Source: Azolla caroliniana
Taxonomy: Eukaryota; Plantae; Polypodiophyta
DNA length: 64,000 bases
NCBI GenBank assembly: GCA_043228905.1
Contig: JBHGNT010000003.1
Span: 8,432,001 to 8,496,000, forward strand
Reading direction: 5' to 3'
Positions 1 to 14,684 of this stretch are shown one piece after another. Position 1 is the stretch's first letter. Each line of letters opens with the position of its first letter. Position numbers and translations under genes: made by a program. The notes under the pieces were generated by a model that was given only the letters and a program-made list of their open reading frames with translations, had not been told where the DNA came from and did not search any database.

Positions 1-282
1 CAACTCAACCTTTGGCCAATCTTATTGCCATCTTTGAAGTTCACATAGAAGCTCTATACATTATGTACTGTTTAAAGAACTTGTTGGATTGCTTATTGAT
101 TCTCAGAAAAAAACCTTCATGGTTCATTTGGATTGGCATGACACCATCCTGCATGTTGCCCTCAATTTGATCATAGTCAGTAAAATAAAAACAAAAAACC
201 AATTCCAAATACCATGTTAATCCATCTTACATGTACTCCATGGTTTATTTGGAATTGGATCGGCCACACGTTTTGGTAATGT

Positions 283-4112
<3,830 letters not shown>

Positions 4113-4609
4113 TATTAATGGTGATGGATGAGATGAAGGTAAAAACGTTATATGTTAAAATAAATACTCAAAGTAAGCCCAAAACAGAACAATTGAAGAA
4201 ACCCTAAAAAAATCTGATTAAAAAAAAAACACACTATACAAGAGAGGAAGAAGATGATCACAAAGTTCAGGCAGCCCAAGAGATTGAGTTGAGAGGGATG
4301 ATCAGAGATTGTGTAAGAGATGGACATATATACAAAATACAGAGAGAGAGAGAGACACGTTCTTGTTCATGAGAGATTCTGGTCAAATGCAAGAAGACCT
4401 TGGAATGATTTTTAAAATTTTGTTTCATGTGAGAAAATGTGGAGTGGAGGAAGGTTTTGGTAGAACAAGTCTTTCATGATGAATCATGGGCACTAGTAGT
4501 ATGATAGATCATAAGTAGTATATTAATATAATTTACAGACTTAGTCAAGATGGGCTTTAGGTGGGATGGTGTCCATTTCTCGAGCTCCTCGTTCTGGACA
4601 TAATCCAAT

Positions 4610-5187
4610 TAGGAATCGGCAATGGCTCGGCTCAAGCCTGAACTGAACCGTTAAACCGTTTAAATATGGTTTGTCAGTTCGGTTTGGTTCGGTTCGGTTT
4701 AAGCTTAAGCTTTTCATAACCTGTTTGAGCTTGGTTTGGGATGGCTCAACCCAACTGAACCAATTTAGGCCAAACTCGTTAAGGCTTAATCGTTTTTAAA
4801 TGGTTTGTCGGTTTGGTAGTTCGGTTCGGTTTAGGCTTGAGCTTTTCATAACCGGTTTGAGCTCGGTTTCGGATGGCTCAACCCAATTGAACTAGTTTGG
4901 GCCAAACAGTTTCAGGCTTAATTGTTTTTAAATGGTTTGTCAGTTTGGCAGTTTGGTTTGGTTTGGTTTAGGCTTGACTTTTCATAACTAGTTTGAGCTC
5001 GATTTGGGATGGCTCAACCCAACTGAACCAAATTGGGCCAAGCTGGTTAAGGCTTAATTGGTTCATAAACCAGTTTTAGCTTAACCGGTTAGCCTTAACC
5101 AGTTTAGGAATCGGTTCGGTTCAAGTTTTGAAACTCCCAAACCGGTTTGGTTTGGACAAGCTGAAATCGAACCACTGACGATTCTTC
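4610..5187. mobile_element. MITE-like non-autonomous DNA transposon (hAT-like) ~500 bp upstream of the CDPK ATG
   Basis: Imperfect TIRs: TAGGAATCGGCAATGGCTCGG versus the reverse complement of the right end, AAGAATCGTCAGTGGTTCGA. Three internal ~132-bp units rich in GGTTCGGTT/AACCG. No clean TSD found. Confidence 0.6.
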
Positions 5188-6495
5188 GACATAAACTTGG
5201 TGTCGCAAATCTCACACCTCTTATTGGCTCTTTACTGTCGTTTCATGGATAGTGTTGAGATCTTTTGATAACATTGTATACGAGAATAGGAGGAGAGAGT
5301 GCCACTCCATTCCATGCACAATCCAAACCCATGAGTATTGATGTGTCGATACATGTGTCAATCAATGGGAGTGCATGGAAGTTTATAGGGAATGTGTCAT
5401 AACTTGGCTATCCGACTGTAAAACACAGTTGACAGTTTTCCTCCAACCCACATGTATTGGGAGTAGACCAGAAGGTAAAACACAACCCCTCCCACCCAAA
5501 AGAAAACTTTTTCTTTATTTCGGCAAATGGTTCTGATTTTGATTAGTAGGAGATATAACACTTTTTACAAGGTCTTGTTTGTGACTCAAATGGAATGCAA
5601 CCTATAAATAAGGTAGCAATATCATCATCACCATATCCTCATCATCTTAATCGTAATCATATGAACATTTCAATCATGTCGTGGAAATAAGAAGAGAATA
5701 TTTAATTAATCTTAAAAAGCTATTTGTTGGTTAGAATGGTTAACAAAGTCAAAACAAATTGGATTTCCTAGTGTACATGGGTTGTCTCTTTAAACATTAA
5801 TGGTCAAGAACTCTTAGATATCACATGTAAAAAAAGATTTGATTACTAGTATAATATTGCCATTCCAAGGGCCATGACTCGAATTCTTAGTTATAGTATA
5901 ACTTCCCTGTTTAAAGTTAACTTTCAAGTTATTCTAAATATGTTTTTATGTGGCATAAAAAATATTGCGTTATCTCCTTTTAAGTAGTGTTCAAATATTG
6001 TTGGTGTGATGCTATCGATAGGTAGCTCCCAAGCCAAGTTTCACTATTAGTAAAATAGAATTGCAACACAAAACTACTGCCTTTCTTGGCTAACATCAAC
6101 AACTACCATAAAAAACAATAGAAAATTTTTGACAGCTTAATTTCGCTTATTATGCCTTGGTGGAATGTCAATGCAAATTGCAATATATGTGAGGGTATTT
6201 GCATGGTAGCAAATTGCAATATATCTTCCCAATGGTCTTGTAATTTATGTTAACATTTGATGTCCGTCTAATAATATGTTTTCAAGAATTAGCTATTAGA
6301 TTCCTTCTATTCATTAATTAATGAGCTTTATGATGATCCGTTTTCTTATGTGTTTTAATATTTCCAAGTTGTGTTCTTTCGTACAATCTTGAATATATAA
6401 TTAGAGTATGATTGGTAGGATCTTAATTAACATTAAGCATAATTAAAGAGGAAAATAAGGAAGAAAGAGTGTTAATCCACCCAACCACCCCATAA

Positions 6496-6812
6496 TGAAG
6501 GTGAGATACGGATCCAAGTACCCCCCGATATTATACCACCATGTACGGACAAGGATCGTACCTTGGGTTTGAAGGAGGCACACATGTATGAAGCTAGAGC
6601 TTTGCCACACTATTAGAGTCTCTATCTCAAGACAATAAAGAAAAGTGATGCCCCTTCATGAAGGTAGCTAGCCTTCTTATATAGGTTCAAACCATAGGCA
6701 CTTGTGTATGTTTCATAGTTGGTTGTTTTTTTATTAAGACATAGCCAAAGTGATGAAACACTCTAAAGTCATCTCCCACCATAGGATTGAGATAACTCAA
6801 TCCTCACCTTCA
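6496..6812 (-). mobile_element. Probable solo or orphan LTR (317 bp)
   Basis: 10-bp inverted ends TGAAGGTGAG...CTCACCTTCA (TG..CA) and an internal minus-strand TATA (CCTATATAAG). Flanks CATAA and TCCTT do not match as a TSD. Confidence 0.5.
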
Positions 6813-7936
6813 TCCTTACAAATCTGCCCACAACCACAATTATAGTTTTGCTCGTAACAATGTCACAATGAAATTCTTTCTTAGACATTTGTTTGAAACC
6901 TACCGAACAATATTTCAAAATATATTGAACAATATTCTATGACCATTGTGTTTACATTGAAATGCCTTTGGTAGGTGTGGCTTCATAGATTAGGTTCAAA
7001 ATAAGTGAGTTGTGATAAATTAATTGCAACAAACCTTCGATGCATTATATATTTTCACTTGAGCTTTAGGTCCAAATGGGTTCGTACATAATTTATTAAC
7101 ATTAGATTTTCACGTAATACATGTGAAGTGAGTAGAGACTCTTGATGTTCAAGAACTTTACTAATGAATGTTGCAACAAAAAGTGTACACAGTGACAGTG
7201 AGAAATTCGTGCAAGGATTGGGTTTGTTCAAAGATGTGTGGAAAGCATAATTGAATATCATCAAAGCAAAGGATTGTATCAAAGTGTGATGCTCAAACTC
7301 CTATTCGAACAAAGTGTGCATAGTTGATTACTCTCATAACTAGTGCCCAACGCCTCGTCTTGCAGCACAATGCATTTGAGCTAAATCACATGGAAGCAAT
7401 GGTTTGAATGAGCGACAACTAGATGGTGTGTGCAGTTTCCCAGTTCAACGAAGAATATGGTTTTGTAGCTAGGTGCAACATTTGTAGTTTAATGCATGAA
7501 GTGTGAGCCAACACATTTTCCCCATGTCATGCTACATTAGCATTGCATAAATGCCCCATACTTCCACACCATAGAGAAGCACGAGCGTCACCAAAGTGTT
7601 GAAAAGTTATTCCTTGAGGAGACAACACTTAATTTCTCCATGAGAAAGAGAAAGAAGTCCGAAGAAGGTAGATTAAATAGTCTCGATCGATCTCAACACA
7701 CATTCATATTCCGTGGAATTTACATTGAAACCCTAGCTTTTGTCCTCATCCAAAGTGTCTCAAGATTCTCTTCTCCATTTATCGCTACCCTTGGTCAAAT
7801 TCCCAATTAAATCTTCTTACTTCTTTTTTTGGACTACACAATTGTTGGGTGTGAGTGGAAGTAAAATGGAAAGCAACTGTATGTGAAAGCCCACCTTTGA
7901 ACTCGACGAAGAATAGTGAGATTGAGAATTGTTTGA

Positions 7937-8479
7937 TTTTGATGTATGATCACATCAACATGTGCCATACATCTACCAAATTTGATTATTTTTTTTCTAG
8001 TTCTAGATATGACTTGTTTTTCCTTTTATACCAATTTTAATATACTATTGATGATTGCTTAATTCCATTGTGGCGGTTATGTAATGTCTAGTGTTCACAT
8101 TATAGTAACCAAGAAGTATCCTCTTGAAGTTCATTAATTGAATTGGTAATACCCCTAGATCTTCTAGGGAGATTTTGTAATGGGACATTCCCATGTTAAT
8201 CAATGTTCGATTTTGATGTACATTCATATCAACATGCGCCAAACATCTACCAAATTTGATTGTTTTCTTCTAATTCTAGACATATTAACCTATTTTTCCT
8301 TTTTATACTAATTTTAATATACCATTGATGATTGCTTAATTCCATTGTGGTAGTTATGTAATGTCTAGTGTTCACATTATTAGTAACCAAGAAGTATCCT
8401 CTTGAAGTTCATTAATTGATTTGGCCATACCCCTAGATGTTCTAGGGGGATTTTGTAATGGGACATTCCCATGTTAATC
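7937..8479. repeat. Tandem duplication of a ~275-bp unit, possibly the U3 of a decayed LTR (TATA-like GTATAAATAGG at 8511)
   Basis: TTTTGATGTA...GGGACATTCCCATGTTAATC occurs at 7937-8201 and 8211-8479. Confidence 0.75.
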
Positions 8480-10210
8480 CCTAACTCTATATGCTGTTTA
8501 TCGAGTTTTAGTATAAATAGGGTTTTGGAGACCAATTGGATACTTTGTATGTTTGAACTCTCCTCCTAAGGGATTAACTTCAAAGAAGAAGTGAAATCCC
8601 TTGACCTCCTATTGAGCTTGCCAGCGAGCTGGGAGGTTTTCTACACGACATTTGCCAACAACTATCCAAATTTCAATTTGGATGAGACAATCAGACAAGT
8701 CCTCACTGAGGATGTTAGGTGAAAATCCATAGGGCTCACCATCAACGAGTCGGTAGAAGCCCACCACTTGACCGAGTCGATCGACAGATTCAGTCGGTTG
8801 AGAGAACAAGCCCATAGAACAGATCGGAACACCAATTGGTCAAAAACGAGGGGAGATTGATAACGGTCGAACTCAAGAATGAGTTGATTAGGTGAATTCT
8901 GCACCCACTGCAGAAAAGCCGGTCACAACATTTCCGACTGTTGGTCAATCAAGAGGAAAGAGAGAGGTCGGCGATCCGACTCGAACCACTCTCCCGTCGA
9001 CAACCAAGGCAATGTTGCTGACACCCGATCGGGAGAAATCCTCTCCTTAGAGGACTCAATGATCGGAGAAATCCTCTATAGTGTGCAAGACGCACATACG
9101 TGGTTGCTGGATTTCGGTGCTACATTCCACGTTGTCGTGCCTTTCGGCTCCGGATCGTTTGCGTGAGTCGGGTGGGAACCATTGGGGTTTTGGACTAGGA
9201 AGAGGAGAGTTTTAAGGCTAATAAGAATATAAATATGTTGTAAGAAAGAGTTATAGCAAACTCGTGAATCCCATGAGTGTATTGTATTAGATTAATCAAT
9301 ATGAATATAAGAATATAAACTTCGGTTGAAAGAGAATGATATAGAATTCTCGTGAATCCCACGAGTATAGTTTATTAATTGGTGTTTTTTAGAAACATAT
9401 CTAGTTTCCAAATATTTTTCACACACAATTACATTGTGCTCCCCATCCTTATGTAGTGATGAGGAAGTCTTAGTAATCCATGCTTTTTCTCTAACTATAG
9501 ACCCCATGCTTTTCCTATAGATAGACTATATGCTTTATCTAAAGTGATCATGCTTTTTTCTAACTTGTGCGTTTTTTATCATGCACGCTAGATGTGTATG
9601 TGTAGCTTTTTCTTTTGTTATGCGTTTTTCTAATGTTTATCCTAGCGTGAATTTACCTTTCTACGTGGGACATCTATGCTTTAACACTAATGAAATGCTA
9701 GTGTAATGGTAAGACATTACATTATTAACATGGAGGTGCAAGGTTTGAATCTTGCCCTATGCATGTTCCATTTATTTTGCTATTTTCTTCTATTTCTTCA
9801 TTTTTTATTGAATCTAATACTATATACGTTTTTCACGTAGTGTACAAAATACACTACGACACTCGCCCCCTCCAAACCCGCACATCCTCCGGTATGTGCC
9901 GAAGTTGTTGGTGTTTGTTAGTCTCCTCCGTCCGGTCTCTACCCGATTGGTTTCGTTGCCGGCTCGTAGTACCCTCGACTTCTCTTGTTATGTTGACTTT
10001 GTCTCTCCATTTGGAGCACATCCATTCTTTCCACCCGAACCATTGTCGACATCCGATCCACCATAGTCTTCGTTCGCTTTTTGCATGGCCCGCTTGGTCC
10101 TTGTCATCCGCGGTAGTATCTTTTCTTGCCCTCTTTCTTTTCTTCATCAATCTCGACTTCTTTTCGGATTTTCGGTTTAGTCGGATTAGCTTACTTCCGA
10201 TTCGGTCTCG

Positions 10211-11884
10211 TCAGATCGTCTTTCGTTTAGTTCGGCTTCCTTTCCGATTTGTATTCGGTCGATCCGGACTCGGTTGATCGGTTTTTACCGATTCAGTGCT
10301 CTTTCGGGTCGGTTTCTTTTCTTTTCTTTTCGTCCGGATTTGCTTTCTTTTCTTCGTTTTCACCTGCCTTGTCCGGTTCGACTTTCGGCACTTCTTTCCG
10401 TTGTTCGCCACGTAGGTCCTCCGATATGTGCTCGTTGTTCGGTCCTCGTGTGGTTGTAATGCATGCTTCTTTTCTCGCCGTAGCGCGTGCTTCATTATTC
10501 GCCATAACACGCGTTTCTTTATTCGCCGTAGAGCGTGCTCTGTATTACGCGCTTCTCCCGTCGTAGACCCGACCTCCGCATTGTCGCACTTTCTTTTAGA
10601 TTGGAATTTCGGATGGATCATTTTCCATCCGAACCGACTTCCGACTTTACCTTCCTCGCCGCCATCTCCCGTCTCTCCGGTCTCACATTGGTTCTCGGAC
10701 ACAACCGCCGAAGTCTCTAGATATTGTTGGCATGAATCCTCGGTATTACCTTCTTTCGTAGTTTCACCCTTAGCATTCTTCTCGGCTATCTCTTCATCGT
10801 ATTCGTCGGCTTCGACATTCGTTTTCTCTCCGCCACCTTCCGTCTCTTCGGTCTCACGTTGCCTTTCGATCGCAACCGCCGGAGTCTCTGGAATCAATGG
10901 TGGGGAAGTCTCGATATGGCAATCCGCCATTGATTCGTCCATAGCCACCTCCGATTCGATTTCGTCTTTTGTGGCTACCTCCTTAATCACATCCGCTTCA
11001 CACTCTTTATCTGCATCAATTATGCAAACATCTATTATGCTTACCCCTTTTTGACCCGATGTCTCGAGCACTTGTATCCCGAAATTTCCTTCTACACTTG
11101 AATTATCGGCCTTATCCTTCGCCATCGTTCTTTCACAAGACGAGTGGGTGTCTTGTTCCACTCTTTCTCCCGTGGTACCATCATGTTGTATTTCGGCCTT
11201 CATATTGGCTTCATCGTTTTTCCTCAATCGACCATCCTTCATGGGCCATGTCGTTGTTGACGAGATTCTCAGCTTCCTTTCATCATGTCTTCGGCATACC
11301 CTTTCGACTTTAGCCCAATCCTCGGTAAGGCCGTTCGCACCGTCATCATCTTCGAGTTCGATCCCAATGTCCATCCTTTCTTTCGGATCGATCGATCTTA
11401 CGAACATTAAGACTTTATCTCCTCCCACCAATCTTCGTTCCCGCTCCGAGAGTCGAGCAAAACGATGCTCGAACTCTAGGAACGCTTGCGTTGCACTTCG
11501 GTGAGTCTTCTCCGACGCCACCCATTCGTCGAATTCTCGTCGATCTCGTCCCGTCCATCTCTCATAGTCATATGCCTCCCGTAAAGCTTCTTCAAAGGAC
11601 TCCCATGTCGAGTTTTGTTCTTGTATCTTGTGGATTCTCTCTTGTAGTTCGTCCGAGGCCACCCGACTAAAGGATATCACTTGCAATCCTTCCGGTATCC
11701 GATATTGCATCATCTCCGCCTTATATTCACGTAGGTAGCGTGACACACCCTTACCGTTGAATTCCCCGTTTCGTCGCAGAAGCCGCTCTACTGCCGCCTT
11801 CATCTCCGACATCGCACGTTGTTCTTGTTGCATCCGCTCAAACATTATCATCATCATGTTCATCGCCTCTTGTTGATTCTCCAT
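10211..11884 (-). CDS. Intact ORF of element A: gag N-terminal domain fused to acidic then basic low-complexity tail
   Basis: N-terminus FNGKGVSRYLREY..FSRVA..WESFEEAL..KVLMFVRSID aligns with the gags of B and C. No stops over ~557 codons. Confidence 0.8.
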   Translation of the reverse strand: MENQQEAMNMMMIMFERMQQEQRAMSEMKAAVERLLRRNGEFNGKGVSRYLREYKAEMMQYRIPEGLQVISFSRVASDELQERIHKIQEQNSTWESFEEALREAYDYERWTGRDRREFDEWVASEKTHRSATQAFLEFEHRFARLSERERRLVGGDKVLMFVRSIDPKERMDIGIELEDDDGANGLTEDWAKVERVCRRHDERKLRISSTTTWPMKDGRLRKNDEANMKAEIQHDGTTGERVEQDTHSSCERTMAKDKADNSSVEGNFGIQVLETSGQKGVSIIDVCIIDADKECEADVIKEVATKDEIESEVAMDESMADCHIETSPPLIPETPAVAIERQRETEETEGGGEKTNVEADEYDEEIAEKNAKGETTKEGNTEDSCQQYLETSAVVSENQCETGETGDGGEEGKVGSRFGWKMIHPKFQSKRKCDNAEVGSTTGEARNTEHALRRIKKRVLWRIMKHALRREKKHALQPHEDRTTSTYRRTYVANNGKKCRKSNRTRQVKTKKRKQIRTKRKEKKPTRKSTESVKTDQPSPDRPNTNRKGSRTKRKTI

Positions 11885-12480
11885 CTCCTTGCCACCCGCC
11901 TTCACGTCGGGTTCACCAACTGTGTCGTGCCTTTCCGCTCCGGATCGTTTGCGTGAGTCGGGTGGGAACCATTGGGGTTTTGGACTAGGAAGAGGAGAGT
12001 TTTAAGGCTAATAAGAATATAAATATGTTGTAAGAAAGAGTTATAGCAAACTCGTGAATCCCACGAGTGTATTGTATTAGATTAATCAATATGAATATAA
12101 GAATATAAACTTCGGTTGAAAGAGAATGATATAGAATTCTCGTGAATCCCACGAGTATAGTTTATTAATTGGTGTTTTTTAGAAACATATCTAGTTTCCA
12201 AATATTTTTCACACACAATTACATTGTGCTCCCCATCCTTATGTAGTGATGAGGAAGTCTTAGTAATCCATGCTTTTTCTCTAACTATAGACCCCATGCT
12301 TTTCCTATAGATAGACTATATGCTTTATCTAAAGTGATCATGCTTTTTTCTAACTTGTGCGTTTTTTATCATGCACGCTAGATGTGTATGTGTAGCTTTT
12401 TCTTTTGTTATGCGTTTTTCTAATGTTTATCCTAGCGTGAATTTACCTTTCTACGTGGGACATCTATGCTTTAACACTAA

Positions 12481-12553
12481 TGAAATGCTAGTGTAATGGT
12501 AAGACATTACATTATTAACATGGAGGTGCAAGGTTCGAATCTTGCCCTATGCA
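12481..12553 (+). ncRNA. tRNA-like / Pol III A+B box module in element A LTR (second copy at 9691-9763)
   Basis: A box TAGTGTAATGG with D-stem GTGT/ACAT; T arm GCAAG-GTTCGAAT-CTTGC; downstream TTTT. The acceptor stem is poor, so this is not a canonical tRNA. Confidence 0.6.
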
Positions 12554-14684
12554 TGTTCCATTTATTTTGCTATTTTCTTCTATTTCTTCATTTTTTATTG
12601 AATCTAATACTATATACGTTTTTCACGTAGTGTACAAAATACACTACGACAACGTGACCCCTAACATCGAATGGTTTTCGAACTATTCGGCTGGCGCCAG
12701 CGGCACAGTCCGACTAGGCAATGGGCAGGAATGCAAAATCGCCGGAGTAGGCGAAGTACCAATTCAATTATCGAATGGCAACACAATTGTCCTATACCAA
12801 GTTCGGCATGCACGTGCACTAAAAAGGAGTATGGTCTCCATTAGCATGTTAGCCGAAGACGGGTTCAAAATGACTCTTAGTGAGTCGACATGAATGATCA
12901 CGAGGGAACCTAAAGATCGGAAATGGACACAAGTACAATAACTTGTATCCACTGATGGCAATCAATCCAGAAGGGGGCGTGGATGTAGCCAAAACGACTG
13001 ACCCGAACTTATGGCATGGCCGACTCGGCCATATGTCTCAAGCCGGACTAGACCGACGAATGGTGGTCGGCTACGTCCTGAAACTCCTGGCGAAGATTAA
13101 CTTCTATGAGCATTGTCACAACGGGAAATAGAACCGAAGTCCGCACTTTCTCCACTACGAGACGGTACAACAACCCCTAGAGCCCGTCCACACAGAAATA
13201 TGTGCGCATATGCCTGAGAGATCCCTAGGTGGCTCCCAGTACTTCATCACATTCGTAAATGATTGTACACGGAAAGTCTGGGCCTATTCGATTAGGTCGA
13301 AAGATGAAGCGCTCGAGGTCTTCACTCGGTGGATAGCTGAAGTGGAGAACTAGTTGGGACACAGAGTGAAGACACTCCAATCTGACAATGGAGGAGAATA
13401 CACCTCCCGAGCCTTCAAATAGTACCTATCCGACAAAGGGATCCGGCATCAAAAGATCGTTCCATACACACCCATGCAGAATGGAGTGGTAGAACAGATC
13501 AACCGAACGATCCAAGAGAGGGTGACGACAATGCTCCAACAAACCAGGCTGAAGCTGGAGTTCTGTGCTGAAGCATTGGAGACGGCAATATACCTGATAA
13601 ATCTATCACCGTCGAAAGCAATCAGGTTTGAAGTGCCATAGGCACTATGGTCATGCAAACACCCGACCTACGATAGGCTCCGTATATTCGGATGCGAAGC
13701 CTACACATTCATCCCCTGGGAGAAAAGAACCAAGTTGGCACCCCATGCAACAAAATGCCTATTTCTCGATTATGGAATCGTTGGGGAATTCGGCCACCAA
13801 CTATGGGACCCAGAGAACCGGAACTGATCCGGAGTAGTGATGTAATCTTCAATGAAGAATCTATTCTCTCTGAGAGGAACCCGCAGAAAATAGTTGGTAA
13901 AAAGGTATCCTTCAAAGTTGATGAAGATAAGGACCAACCCACCGGGCTGAATCAGAGATTCGACAAACAGTCGAACTCGACCAAGCCGACAACACACTAG
14001 CCGACTCCGAATCGTCAAAAATTGGATTCGACAAAGAGATTGGCAAACCAAGGCAAAACATACACACCCACAAAGGCTAAAGCGAAAACCCAAACCGAGT
14101 TGGCTAAGTCTCCTATCTCCAAGTCAATCAATCCCGAAGCAGTAGAGGATGACGTGACATCGCCGACCTCCTATTACAGGGACGAGTCATCTAACAGGAC
14201 TCCTGACATAAGTGGTTCAACAAATTCCAATCGAAGGATACAGACCGATCAATACAACACTCGGGAGATCTAGACGAGTTCGGAGGTCGATGGAGTTCTA
14301 TCAATCGGGCCTCGACTACATCAACTACACCGATGCAGGCGAACCAAGCACATATGAAGAAGCCATAGTCACACCAGATGCTGACACATGGATACAAGCC
14401 ATGAAATCCAAGATGGACTTGATTCATCAGAATCAGACATGGGAGCTGGTTGAACGACCAACTGGAAGGAAGTTGCTACCCTGCCAATAGGTCTTCAGGT
14501 ACAAATATGTATCTGATTTAGAAAAGCCCAAATACAAAGCTCGGCTCATCGCGAAAGGATTCAAACAAGAACATGGGGTCGATTATGACAAGATATTCGC
14601 ACTAGTAGTCAAGATGACCACCCTTCGGTTCCTACTTGGGGTCGTGGCAACAAAAGCCCTAGAGCTCGAGCAAGTGGACGTAAA

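Larger units (their letters stand above)
9133..12651 (-). mobile_element. Element A: young non-autonomous gypsy (tRNA-Trp primed, Phygy-like), gag only; LTRs 9133-9861 and 11923-12651
   Basis: 729-bp LTRs with 3 differences by eye; TGTCGT..ACGACA ends; TSD ACGT; PBS TGGTGAACCCGACGTGA; PPT GGAGGGGGCGAG; no pol. Confidence 0.93.

Noticed and set aside
7000-7750. Possible decayed coding or TE fragment
   Set aside because: No recognisable motif in the frames read by eye.
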